In this document: positions 20,266 to 29,818 of the stretch, in pieces | Layout: the number at the start of each line of letters is the position of its first letter | How positions within the stretch are numbered: the first letter of the stretch is position 1 | NCBI GenBank assembly: GCA_965277805.1 | Contig: OZ255842.1 | Coordinates: 1,184,001 to 1,248,000 of the forward strand | DNA length: 64,000 bases | Direction of reading: 5' to 3' | DNA from: Candidatus Lustribacter sp. | GTDB lineage: Bacteria; Vulcanimicrobiota; Vulcanimicrobiia; Vulcanimicrobiales; Vulcanimicrobiaceae | Notes under the pieces: model-generated | Database searches by the model: none | The model's input: only the letters and a program-made list of their open reading frames with translations | What the model was told of the DNA's origin: nothing | Position numbers and translations under genes: made by a program

Positions 20266-20335
20266 TGTCGTCCCGAACGACGACGCGCTCGCCTCCTTCG
20301 TCTGCGCGCCCTTCGGCGCTTCGCTCGGGATGACA
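20266..20335. repeat. REP-like inverted doublet between convergent genes
   Basis: TGTCGTCCCGAAC ... GCTCGGGATGACA. Confidence 0.85.
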
Positions 20336-20339
20336 ATCA

Positions 20340-21497
20340 TCATGGCACAGCAACCTGATGGTGGAGTTGGATTTCTTTGCCGGTGCGGCTGGATTCGATG
20401 GTGGCGACGCAGACTTCTAGGTTGGCGCGGGCCCAGCGGCCGTCGTGTAAGGCGCGGCGGCGACCGGCGACGGTATCGACGAATTCTTCGATCACCGGGT
20501 CGCGCGTCGAGCGATCGAGGCGTAAGGGACGTTCGTCGCGACCGCGTTCGGTGTAAACGTAGAGGCCGGTGGCGGATTGACGGATGTCGCCGCCTTCGCA
20601 ACTCACGAGCGTCCAGCCGAAGAAGGCTTGATTCGGTGCGAGCCCCGTTTCGGCCGGCGTCGCGGCGCGCGAACGTTTGAGCGTCGCCTCGGTTGCGGCC
20701 GATGCTGCCTTCATCTGCGCGCGCCTGCCACCGGGCGTTTCATTTTGCGGATAGCCTACTTCGCCCGCGTCGAAGGTGATTTCGCTCGAGAGGAAGGCGC
20801 CATAGCCGTTGTAGATCGCCGTGGCGACCGCGCCGTCTTCGAAGGTGAGGAAGACGGTGTGCGCGCCGATCACCGGGCGCTGCGGATCCCAATCGAACGT
20901 TTGCGCGCGCACGCTCTTCGCGAGTCCGCCGCCGATCAAGCGCAGGATATCGAACTGATGCGCGCCTTGCCGGAACGTGATCCCGCCGCCGAGCGTCTCG
21001 TCGAGCTCTTCGGGGCGCCGCGGACGGTATACCCAATCGCTGTAGTAGATGTTGTGCAGCAGCCGTGCGCGTCCGAGTTCACCGCTCGCGACGAGCTCGC
21101 GCATGGCGCGGTAGGGTTCGTCGTAGCTGTGCGAGTGACCGACGTTGAACGTCACGCCGGCGCGATCGGCGGCGTCGATCATCGCTTGCGCTTGTTCGAG
21201 CGACGTCGCCATCGGTTTTTCGCAGAGGATGTGTTTGCCGGCCTCGGCCGCCGCGATGACGTGCTGCGCGTGCAGATCGGTCGGCGTCGCGACGTACACC
21301 GCATCGACGTCGCCGAGCGCGAGGAGCGATTCGATATCTGCGACCGAATGCGCACCGTAGCGCTGCGCGATGGGCTCGCGCACCTCGGCAAGCGGGTCGC
21401 ACACCGCGGTGAGCCGGATGCCCGCGGCTTTGTCGACCGCGGGAAGCAGCTGGCGCGCCGCGCCGCCCATGCCGATGATCCCGAGTCGTAGCTCCAT
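20340..21497 (-). CDS. Gfo/Idh/MocA oxidoreductase, phthalate cis-dihydrodiol dehydrogenase-like
   Basis: GIIGMG, CEKP, YRPRRPEEL, GGGITFRQGAHQFD. Confidence 0.82.
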   Translation of the reverse strand: MELRLGIIGMGGAARQLLPAVDKAAGIRLTAVCDPLAEVREPIAQRYGAHSVADIESLLALGDVDAVYVATPTDLHAQHVIAAAEAGKHILCEKPMATSLEQAQAMIDAADRAGVTFNVGHSHSYDEPYRAMRELVASGELGRARLLHNIYYSDWVYRPRRPEELDETLGGGITFRQGAHQFDILRLIGGGLAKSVRAQTFDWDPQRPVIGAHTVFLTFEDGAVATAIYNGYGAFLSSEITFDAGEVGYPQNETPGGRRAQMKAASAATEATLKRSRAATPAETGLAPNQAFFGWTLVSCEGGDIRQSATGLYVYTERGRDERPLRLDRSTRDPVIEEFVDTVAGRRRALHDGRWARANLEVCVATIESSRTGKEIQLHHQVAVP

Positions 21498-21538
21498 CGG
21501 TCCTGGGGATTCTCACTCCGGACGCGAAAACATGGCCC

Positions 21539-22849
21539 ATGCTGACCGTTCAGGAAAACGACCGCTTGACTCGCGTTGGAGCGGGGACGCCCATGGGCGA
21601 GCTGCAGCGGCGCTATTGGCACCCGATCGGCGCGACCGAAGAATTGGAAACTGCGTTCACCAAGCGCGTGCGGCTGCTCGGCGAAGACCTCGTGCTCTAT
21701 CGCGACCGCAACGGCAAGCTCGGCTTGGTCGGTGAGTTCTGTCCGCATCGTCACGCGTCGCTATTCAACGGCATCCCCGACGTCGAGGGCATCCGCTGCT
21801 CCTATCACGGTTGGAAGTTCAACGGTGCGGGCGCGTGCGTCGATCAGCCAAACGAGCCCGCGGACAGCACCTTCAAAGACAAAGTGCGCGTCGCCGGCTA
21901 TCCCGTCGAAGCGCTTGGCGGCATGATTTTTGCCTATCTCGGGCCGCTGCCCGCGCCGATCTTGCCGCGCTGGGATGGTTTCGACAATCCGAAAGCGATC
22001 CGCACGATCGGCTGGTGCCACGTGCCGTGCAACTGGCTGCAGATCATGGAGAACTCGGTCGATCCCGTGCACACCGAATGGCAGCACGGCAAGTACCAGG
22101 AGTTCATCGAAGAGCAGCGCGGCGTCAAATACGCGATCTCGAAGCATCACCTCAAGATCGATTTCGCTGAGTTCGAACTCGGCATGTACAAGCGCCGGCT
22201 GCTCGAAGGCGCGAGCGAAGAATCGGACGATTGGAAGATCGGGCATCCGGTGCTCTTCCCGAACATCCTCGCAGTCGGCAGCGGCGGCGGCAAACTCTGG
22301 AAGATGCAGACCTACCAGATGCGCGTGCCGATCGACGATGAGAACACGATGCACTACTGGTACACGTCCTACGACGTACCCGAGGGTCACGACGTGCCGG
22401 CCAAGCTGCGCGAGCGGATCCCGTTCTTCGAAGTGCGCTGGAAGGACGACAACGGCGACAACATCCACGACAACATCGATGCGCAAGACGTGATGGCGTG
22501 GGTCTCGCAAGGCAAGATCTCCGACCGTTCGACCGAGGCCCTCGGCACGACCGACCGCGGCGTGATCCTCTACCGCAAGATGCTCGAACGCGAGATGAAG
22601 AAGGTGGAAGCCGGTCAGGATCCGATGAACGTTTTCCGCACGCCGGATCACTCGCTCGAGTTTCATCTCGAAAAGGATAAAGCCCACTTCAGCGACGGCT
22701 TTGAGAACCTGCAGTTCCGGCAGTACGCGCGCTGGTCGCCGTGGTTCCGCGACCTGTGCGATCTCTTCGCGTCCTACAACGCCAAGCTGCTGCGCGACGC
22801 GATGCCGGCCTTTCCGCTAGAGCACGGAGCGGCAACGACGGGCGAGTAA
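21539..22849 (+). CDS. Rieske aromatic oxygenase alpha subunit (phthalate 4,5-dioxygenase/LigX-like)
   Basis: GTPMGEL, CPHR, CSYHGW, ENSVDPVHTEWQH, QD. Confidence 0.92.
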   Translation: MLTVQENDRLTRVGAGTPMGELQRRYWHPIGATEELETAFTKRVRLLGEDLVLYRDRNGKLGLVGEFCPHRHASLFNGIPDVEGIRCSYHGWKFNGAGACVDQPNEPADSTFKDKVRVAGYPVEALGGMIFAYLGPLPAPILPRWDGFDNPKAIRTIGWCHVPCNWLQIMENSVDPVHTEWQHGKYQEFIEEQRGVKYAISKHHLKIDFAEFELGMYKRRLLEGASEESDDWKIGHPVLFPNILAVGSGGGKLWKMQTYQMRVPIDDENTMHYWYTSYDVPEGHDVPAKLRERIPFFEVRWKDDNGDNIHDNIDAQDVMAWVSQGKISDRSTEALGTTDRGVILYRKMLEREMKKVEAGQDPMNVFRTPDHSLEFHLEKDKAHFSDGFENLQFRQYARWSPWFRDLCDLFASYNAKLLRDAMPAFPLEHGAATTGE

Positions 22850-24058
22850 GTGTCATGGCGCGTCACGTTCTGGTCGATGGTCGCGATTCAGACCATCAGC
22901 GCCATGGCGTTCTCGATTTCACTACCGTTCATGCCGCTGTTTCTGCAGACGCTGGGAGTACATCCGCTCTCGACGGTTGAGGAATGGGCCGGCATCATCG
23001 GTTCGGCGAACTTCCTGACGGCGGCGCTGTGTGCGCCGTTGTGGGGCGCACTCGCCGACAAGTTCGGCCGGCGTGCGATGGTCATTCGCTCGAGTATCGG
23101 CGGTGCGATCACGACGGCCCTGATGGGATTCTCGGGCAACGTGTGGCAACTGGTCGGCGCGCGTGCCCTGATGGGCGCGTTCGGCGGTTTCAGCAGCGCC
23201 GCAACAGCGCTCGTTGCCGCCAAGGTACCGAGTTCGTCGCTCGGCTTCGCGCTCGGCTGGATGGCGACGGCCCAGATGACCGGCATCATGATCGGGCCGA
23301 TCATCGGCGGCGCGATCGCCGACGTCACGCAGAATTATCGCGCGGTCTTTTTCTGGTCGGCAGCCGGCGTCGCGCTGGCGGCGGTCGTGACCGCGCTGTT
23401 CGTCAAAGAAGACTTCGTGAAGAAGAGCCCCAGTGCGGAGAAGCTGCCGTCGAGCCGCGCGCAGTTCATGGAGATGGTGCGCCATCCGGAACTGGCCGCG
23501 CTCCTGGTGCTGCTTGCGCTCTCGCAGATGACGGCCGTCGCGCTCTCCCCGATCGTGCCGCTGTTCGTGCAAAATATGGTCGGGGCTTCGCCGTATCTCG
23601 CCACCTTCGCCGGCGCTGCGTTTGCGGTGACCGGCGTCGGCGATCTGGTCGCATCGCCATTCCTCGGCAAACGCAGCGATCAGATCGGCTACCGCCGCAT
23701 CGTGCTCCTGTGCCTCGTCGGCGCCGGTGTATTCACGATTCCCCAGGCTTTCGTGCACAACATCTGGGTGTTCTTAGCGCTGCGTTTCGGCGTGGGCGTC
23801 TTTCTCGGCGGCATCGTGCCGACCGCGAACGCCTGGATCGGCCGCTTGTTTCCGGCCGAAAAAAGGGGCATGGTCTACGGACTGAGCTTCAGCGCATCGT
23901 TCGGCGGCATGTTCATCGGCCCGCTCTTCGGCGGTTTCCTCGCCGCTCGCTTGGGCTTCGGCTCGGTCTTTCTCGTAACCGGCGGCCTGATGCTCGCCAA
24001 CGTCTTCTGGGTCCTCTTCGGCATACGCCCGATAGAAAAAGCTCGCGGCTGGGCATAG
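22850..24058 (+). CDS. DHA1/MdtG-like MFS transporter
   Basis: PLWGALADKFGRRAMVIRS. Confidence 0.9.
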   Translation: MSWRVTFWSMVAIQTISAMAFSISLPFMPLFLQTLGVHPLSTVEEWAGIIGSANFLTAALCAPLWGALADKFGRRAMVIRSSIGGAITTALMGFSGNVWQLVGARALMGAFGGFSSAATALVAAKVPSSSLGFALGWMATAQMTGIMIGPIIGGAIADVTQNYRAVFFWSAAGVALAAVVTALFVKEDFVKKSPSAEKLPSSRAQFMEMVRHPELAALLVLLALSQMTAVALSPIVPLFVQNMVGASPYLATFAGAAFAVTGVGDLVASPFLGKRSDQIGYRRIVLLCLVGAGVFTIPQAFVHNIWVFLALRFGVGVFLGGIVPTANAWIGRLFPAEKRGMVYGLSFSASFGGMFIGPLFGGFLAARLGFGSVFLVTGGLMLANVFWVLFGIRPIEKARGWA

Positions 24059-24065
24059 CCCCGCA

Positions 24066-24116
24066 TGTCATCCCGAGCAAAGCGCCCGAGGGCGCGTCGT
24101 CGAGGGACCGCCACGA
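24066..24116 (+). repeat. REP-like unit, 51 nt
   Basis: TGTCATCCCGAGCAAAGCGCCCGAGGGCGCGTCGTCGAGGGACCGCCACGA. Confidence 0.85.
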
Positions 24117-24138
24117 CCGTTCCGAGAAGCGCAAAAAC

Positions 24139-25440
24139 GTGATCACCCGTCCAGCGTCATCCCGTTATCCGATCGTTATCGCCGCGGTTGCGTTTCTCGT
24201 CCTCATCGTCGTAGCCGGCATCCGTTCCGCATCGGGCGTGCTGCTGGTCCCGCTCGAAAAAGCGATGGGCTGGTCGGTTGAAGACATCTCGATCGCCGTT
24301 GCGATCAACGTCGCGCTCTACGGTGCGGTCGGTCCGTTTGCCGCCGCGTTCATGGAACAGCTCGGCGTTCGCCGCATGATTCTGATCGCTCTCGCGCTGA
24401 TGGCGGTGTCCACGACGGCCTCGACGTTCGTGATGACGCCGGCGCAACTCGCGCTCACGTGGGGCCTCGGCGTCGGTCTCGGCATCGGCGTCGTCTCGAT
24501 GGTGTTTGCCGCGGTGATCTCGACACGCTGGTTTGCGAAGGGCCGCGGCTTGGTCTACGGTGCGCTCACCGGTGCGGCCGCTGCGGGTCAGCTGATCTTT
24601 CTCCCGCTGCTCGCGTGGACCGCGCAAACCTACGGCTGGCGCAGCGTCGGTTTCGTCTGCGCCGGCATCGCGCTGCTGGTCGCCATTCCGGTGGTGATCT
24701 GGATGCGCGATCGCCCCGAGTCGATGGGCATCACACGCTACGGTGAAGACGCATCGACAATGGTCGATAAAGCGGGCTTGCGTCACGGCACGAACCCGCT
24801 ACGCAACACGTTCGCCGTGCTCGGGCGCGCGTCGCGCTCGCGCGACTTCTGGCTCGTGGCCGGCACGTTCTTCATTTGCGGCGCGACGACCAACGGCTAC
24901 ATCGGCACGCACTTCATGGCGATCTGCGGCGATGTCGGCATCTCGCAAGTGCACGCGGCGGGACTCGTGGCCGTGATCGGCGTGTTCAGCATGCTCGGTT
25001 CGACCGGCGCCGGCTGGCTCTCCGACCGCTACCCCAGCCGCTATTTGCTCTTCACGTTCTACGGCTTACGCGGGCTCTCGCTGTTTCTGTTGCCGCTCGC
25101 GATCAGCGGCGTCAACCAAGCCTACATCTTGCCCGCGTTCATCGCATTCTACGGCCTCGATTGGCTTGCTACCGGCGCGCCGAACGTGCGCGCGCTCACC
25201 GAGGCGCTCGGCAAAGAAGATACGCCGATCGCGTTCGGCTGGATCGGCGTCTCACATCAAATCGGCGCCGGCCTTAGCACGCTCCTCGCCGGCATCATCC
25301 GCACCCAAACCGGCAGCTACGACTTGACGTTCACGCTCTACGGCGGGCTGTGCATCGTCGCCGCCCTCGCGTCGCTCGCGATCGGCACCACCCATCGCAC
25401 CCGCACGCGGATCCCCATCGGAGCCCCACAACGGGCCTAA
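24139..25440 (+). CDS. MFS transporter
   Basis: RWFAKGRGL, FFICGATTNG, GWLSDR, FYGLRGLSL. Confidence 0.9.
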   Translation: MITRPASSRYPIVIAAVAFLVLIVVAGIRSASGVLLVPLEKAMGWSVEDISIAVAINVALYGAVGPFAAAFMEQLGVRRMILIALALMAVSTTASTFVMTPAQLALTWGLGVGLGIGVVSMVFAAVISTRWFAKGRGLVYGALTGAAAAGQLIFLPLLAWTAQTYGWRSVGFVCAGIALLVAIPVVIWMRDRPESMGITRYGEDASTMVDKAGLRHGTNPLRNTFAVLGRASRSRDFWLVAGTFFICGATTNGYIGTHFMAICGDVGISQVHAAGLVAVIGVFSMLGSTGAGWLSDRYPSRYLLFTFYGLRGLSLFLLPLAISGVNQAYILPAFIAFYGLDWLATGAPNVRALTEALGKEDTPIAFGWIGVSHQIGAGLSTLLAGIIRTQTGSYDLTFTLYGGLCIVAALASLAIGTTHRTRTRIPIGAPQRA

Positions 25441-26960
25441 CCGAACGCGGTGCCCCGTTGCATGTAGAACTCGAGCGCGGCGCGGTTCGGCACACTTCCG
25501 GCCTCGATGCCGTTCTCGATGATTGCGGCTTCGCCTGATGCAACGGAGAACCGCGGCCAATCAGAGCCCGGAACGCCGTCGCGAGCAAACGCCAACACCG
25601 CGGAGCTGAACGCTTGCGCGAGTTGACGGTCGGCGGGTTGCCACGGAAACGGCTTGGTATCGAGCGTATCGAAAACGTACCAAAGTTCGGCGCCGTGCCA
25701 GGCGCCAAAACCACCCGGCGGCGGCACCTCGCGGAAGCGAAGCGCGGGCGGCAGCGGTACCGGATGAGCGAAATAATAAAGATACACCGGCGCGTCTTGC
25801 GTCGCTGAGTGCAAGTTCGCCCAGCGCCAAGCCTGATACGCGAACGTTCCGTCGCGCCGCACGCGATAACTCTGCGCACGCGCGCCGGCGTCATCGGCAG
25901 CCCCGTATAACTCCATGAACGTTCCGGCAGCAGCGCCGAACGTCGTCTTCCCAAATTCATCAAAGCCGGCGTGCGTGTGCAGCTCGGGGAGCGGATATGG
26001 CGCGCCTTCATCGCTGTTGAAACCAGTGATGAGCGGAACCGGCGCTTGATCGCCGCTGAGGAACGTCGATTCGACGCTGCGCTCGAGCACGTATCCGTCC
26101 ACGATCGGGCCCCATTGTTTGTGGACGCCGAAGAACGCGTCGGCCGGAAGATTGCGCATGTCTTCGAGGCTTCGCGCGCCGAGTTTGTCAACGATCGCGG
26201 CGCCTTCGATCTCGGAAGCCGACAGGTTGGCCATGGGCCCACCGAGCAGGGCCCCGTCGAATCGCCCCCCACTGGCGCCGATCGAACGGTGAAAGAGACC
26301 GCGCGCCAACGGCGAGGCCATCAGCACGCTGACTTCCGCCGCGCCGGCAGATTGGCCATAGATCGTGACACACTCGGGATCACCGCCGAAGGATGCGATG
26401 TTGTCGCGCACCCACCGCAACGCCGCGATGATGTCGAGCGCGCCGTAATTGCCGGACGCGCCGGACTCGCGCGTCAGCTCCGGGTGGGCCAGGAAGCCGA
26501 GTGCGCCGACCCGGTAGTTCAAGGTCACGACGACGGCACCGCGCGCGGCCAGGTTCGTGCCCCACGATACGGGATGCGAGCCGCCGCCCACCCGGTGCCC
26601 GCCACCGAAGATCCACACGATGACCGGCAGCTTTTCTTCCGGTGCGCGCGCGCCGGTCCACACGTTGAGGTAGAGACAGTCTTCGCTCATCCCGCACTCC
26701 GGCGGATCGTCGAACGAGAAGAGTCCCATGATCGCGTTGCGCGGCACGAGCGGTTGCTGGCACACGCTCGCGAAGCGATCGGCGATAAGTACGCCGTCCC
26801 ACGGCCTAACCGGTTGCGGTTCGCGCCAGCGCAACTCGCCGACCGGTGGGGCCGCGAACGGAATCCCTTTGAAGGCTCGTACCTTACCGCCGGCCTCATC
26901 GGCGCCTGAGACGAGACCTCCGGTGACACGGATGGGATCGTGGACAATCGTAACGTTCAT
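25437..26960 (-). CDS. Type-B carboxylesterase
   Basis: GIPFAAPP, SEDCLYLNVW, GQSAG, HGAE. Confidence 0.94.
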   Translation of the reverse strand: MNVTIVHDPIRVTGGLVSGADEAGGKVRAFKGIPFAAPPVGELRWREPQPVRPWDGVLIADRFASVCQQPLVPRNAIMGLFSFDDPPECGMSEDCLYLNVWTGARAPEEKLPVIVWIFGGGHRVGGGSHPVSWGTNLAARGAVVVTLNYRVGALGFLAHPELTRESGASGNYGALDIIAALRWVRDNIASFGGDPECVTIYGQSAGAAEVSVLMASPLARGLFHRSIGASGGRFDGALLGGPMANLSASEIEGAAIVDKLGARSLEDMRNLPADAFFGVHKQWGPIVDGYVLERSVESTFLSGDQAPVPLITGFNSDEGAPYPLPELHTHAGFDEFGKTTFGAAAGTFMELYGAADDAGARAQSYRVRRDGTFAYQAWRWANLHSATQDAPVYLYYFAHPVPLPPALRFREVPPPGGFGAWHGAELWYVFDTLDTKPFPWQPADRQLAQAFSSAVLAFARDGVPGSDWPRFSVASGEAAIIENGIEAGSVPNRAALEFYMQRGTAFG

Positions 26961-27014
26961 CGCACCGGAGGGGTTCGCGATTCGGCGAACCGAAGCCGCC
27001 CCGCGGAGGCCAAC

Positions 27015-28256
27015 ATGAAGACGACGCTCTTGACCAACCTCTCGATCTTTGACGGCACCGGCGCAGTTATCGCTCCCGGCGAAATATTGATCGAAGGCGA
27101 TACCATCGCTGCCGTCGCTTATGGCTCCGAGCGCATCGGTCGCGAACGCACGGCCGAGGTAATCGATTGCGGCGGCGGGACATTGATGCCGGGGCTCGTC
27201 GAACCGCACGCGCATCTGACGTTCACCTCATCGGTCGATCGTATTGTCCCGACGTTTCTGCCGCCGCCGGAGCAGCACGCGTATATCACCGCGCATAATG
27301 CCAAGACGTTGCTGGACTTCGGCTTCACGTCCGCGTTTTCAGGCGGTGCTATCCGGCCCGCCATCGAGGTCGCGTTACGGGATGAGATCGCGAACGGATT
27401 TCTCCCGGGGCCGCGGATAAAGGCAGCCTCGACCGAGCGCGGTCCCGACGGCGTTCGGCGTGATGTCACCGCCGGCGCCGACATCGTGCGGAATTTTTGC
27501 CGCGAGCAGATCGAGCTGGGTATCGATTCGATGAAGTTCGTGCTCTCGGGTGCAGGCTCGGTCATCCCCAAGCACTTCAACGAGCTCAAGTATGCGGACG
27601 AGGAGCTTGCGGCCGTGAGCGAAGTGGCGCGCGATGCCGGTGTCAACCTCCTAGCCCATGCGTACAACTCCGAATCGATCCAGCTCGCGTTGCGCCACGG
27701 TTTCAACGCCATCTATCACTGCAATTTCGCGGACGAAGAAACGCTGGATCTCATGGAGGAGAAGAAGGCGACGTTCTTCGTGGTTCCCGCCACCGGCATC
27801 ATCGTGTCGGGGTTGACGCGGCGTGACGAAATGTTGCCGGATGCGCTGGAGCAATCTTCCGATGCCCAAGACGGCTTGAAGATGATCTACGATGCGCAGC
27901 TCAAGCTCGTCCCCGAGTTGCGACGGCGCGGCATCCGCGTGCTGCCCGGCGGCGATTACGGCTTCGCTCACAATCCGCATGGGCGCAACGCTTGGGAGTT
28001 CGAACTCTTCGTCGACGAGTTCGGCTATTCGCCGGCTGAAGTGCTGGCGGCGGCAACCGGGGGCGCCGGACCGATCATGGGAATTCCCAATCTCGGACTG
28101 ATCAAGGAAGGCTATCTCGCGGACCTTCTCGTGGTCGATGGGGATCCGGTCAAAGATATTCGCTTGCTTCAAGATCGTAATCGCATTCCGATCGTCGTCA
28201 AAGACGGGGTCTTCCAAAAGCGAGGAGTGCCGCCCGTACTCGCCTTCAATAACTGA
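27015..28256 (+). CDS. Metal-dependent amidohydrolase
   Basis: PGLVEPHAH, GGDYG, ADLLVVDGDP. Confidence 0.9.
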   Translation: MKTTLLTNLSIFDGTGAVIAPGEILIEGDTIAAVAYGSERIGRERTAEVIDCGGGTLMPGLVEPHAHLTFTSSVDRIVPTFLPPPEQHAYITAHNAKTLLDFGFTSAFSGGAIRPAIEVALRDEIANGFLPGPRIKAASTERGPDGVRRDVTAGADIVRNFCREQIELGIDSMKFVLSGAGSVIPKHFNELKYADEELAAVSEVARDAGVNLLAHAYNSESIQLALRHGFNAIYHCNFADEETLDLMEEKKATFFVVPATGIIVSGLTRRDEMLPDALEQSSDAQDGLKMIYDAQLKLVPELRRRGIRVLPGGDYGFAHNPHGRNAWEFELFVDEFGYSPAEVLAAATGGAGPIMGIPNLGLIKEGYLADLLVVDGDPVKDIRLLQDRNRIPIVVKDGVFQKRGVPPVLAFNN

Positions 28257-28273
28257 TTCGCAAGGACGCATTT

Positions 28274-29227
28274 ATGGTGACTCGCAGTTCATTCATCGGC
28301 CGCACAGCGGCTGCGGCGACATCCGCATTCGCCGTGCCCTCGATCATCTCGGCGGCACCGGCGACTCCGTTGAAGGTTGCGGCGTTTCCGATCGACCCGG
28401 AGGGCGTCATCTATTTCGCCAAGGATCTCGGCTACTTCGACGACGCCGGGCTCGATGTTACGTTCTTCCCCTCCGGCGGCGGTGGACCACAAACGATGGC
28501 GGCCATGGTGTCCGGCGACCTCGACATCGCGGTAACCGATCCGACGATCGTTGCCGCTGCCCATCTCCACGGCGTCAATTTTCGCTACATCGCTCCAGCG
28601 GCAATCGCGACCCCGGAGACGCGCACGGACACGATCTTGGTCATGGCCGATTCGAAAATCACAAAGGCTTCGGATTTAAACGGAAAGACGATCGGCACCG
28701 TTTCGCTCAAAGGCCTCCAGCAGCTCATCGGCATGACGTGGGTCGACAAACACGGCGGCGACTCGAAGACCCTGAAGTTCCTGCCGCTCGGATTCACCGA
28801 GATGCTGCCGGCGCTGCAGCAAGGCCGGGTTGATGCCGTGCTCACGACCGAGCCGTTCGTCGAGGCGTCGAAGAGCTTTGCGCGCCAGATGGGGAATGTC
28901 TTCGACGGGATTTCGAATCGCTATCTGGTGCTCGGGTTTTTTGCCGGCGACGACTGGCTCGCCAAGCATTCCGATGTTGCCGCGCGTTTTGCGGCAGCGC
29001 TCAAAAAGTCGGCGATTTGGGCGAAAACCCATCAGCCTGACTCGGCCAAGATCCTCTTGAAGTATTCGAAGATGGATCCGGCGATTGCCATGACGATGCC
29101 GCGAACCGTCTACGGCGAAACGATCGATGCATCGCTCGTCCAGCCGGTCATCGACGCGAGCGTCAAGTACGGCATCCTCGACAAAACATTTCCCGCCGCG
29201 GATATCGTGTGGCAGGGGCCGAAATAA
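28274..29227 (+). CDS. SsuA/THI5-like ABC substrate-binding protein (Tat-like signal)
   Basis: MVTRSSFIG, WVDKHGGDSK, QPVIDASVKYG. Confidence 0.88.
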   Translation: MVTRSSFIGRTAAAATSAFAVPSIISAAPATPLKVAAFPIDPEGVIYFAKDLGYFDDAGLDVTFFPSGGGGPQTMAAMVSGDLDIAVTDPTIVAAAHLHGVNFRYIAPAAIATPETRTDTILVMADSKITKASDLNGKTIGTVSLKGLQQLIGMTWVDKHGGDSKTLKFLPLGFTEMLPALQQGRVDAVLTTEPFVEASKSFARQMGNVFDGISNRYLVLGFFAGDDWLAKHSDVAARFAAALKKSAIWAKTHQPDSAKILLKYSKMDPAIAMTMPRTVYGETIDASLVQPVIDASVKYGILDKTFPAADIVWQGPK

Positions 29228-29240
29228 CCGAAGAACGCTT

Positions 29241-29765
29241 CTAGCGGATGACGGCGCGTTCGATTTCGATCGGCGGGGTAAGGGTTTGGTCTTTGTGCGG
29301 CGCGGTGTGGATCTTGCGCACGACGTCCATGCCGCGTACGACCTGACCGAAGGCGGCGAACCCGCGGTGATCGGCCGCGCGCAAGCCCGTATCGTCGAGT
29401 GCCGGTTGCGGACCGATGCAGATGAAGAAGTCCGTCGTCGCGCTATTGACCGGGCGGTCGCGCGCCATCGAGACCGTGCCGTCGAGGTGACGTAGCCCCG
29501 TCTGCGTCGTCGACTCGAATACGACCGGTTTCGAGCTCACAAACCCCGGCCGGTTGTCGGCCTGGATCACGTCGATCTTCGCCGTGTTTTGCGGCTGGTT
29601 GTCGGGGTGCGTCAAAACGGTGCGAAAGAAGACCCCGTGATTGAACGCCCCGCGCCGGACGTAGGCGAGAAAGTTCGCCGACGTCCGGGGCGCGTGGACG
29701 CGATCGACGTTGATGTCGATCTCGCCCGCGGACGTAAAGAGCGCAACGATGAGGGCGGCAAGCAT
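29241..29765 (-). CDS. Cyclophilin-type peptidyl-prolyl isomerase
   Basis: APRTSANFLAYV, GTVSMAR, FFIC, AAFGQVVRGMDVV. Confidence 0.92.
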   Translation of the reverse strand: MLAALIVALFTSAGEIDINVDRVHAPRTSANFLAYVRRGAFNHGVFFRTVLTHPDNQPQNTAKIDVIQADNRPGFVSSKPVVFESTTQTGLRHLDGTVSMARDRPVNSATTDFFICIGPQPALDDTGLRAADHRGFAAFGQVVRGMDVVRKIHTAPHKDQTLTPPIEIERAVIR

Positions 29766-29818
29766 ATCCCTAGTTGACTTGGTTGAACCCGGCCCCGGTT
29801 CCCGCGGGTCGTAGGACC

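Noticed and set aside
22984-25440. 818-aa ORF suggesting a fused transporter
   Set aside because: First half is an off-frame overlap of MFS 22850-24058; real gene starts near 24139
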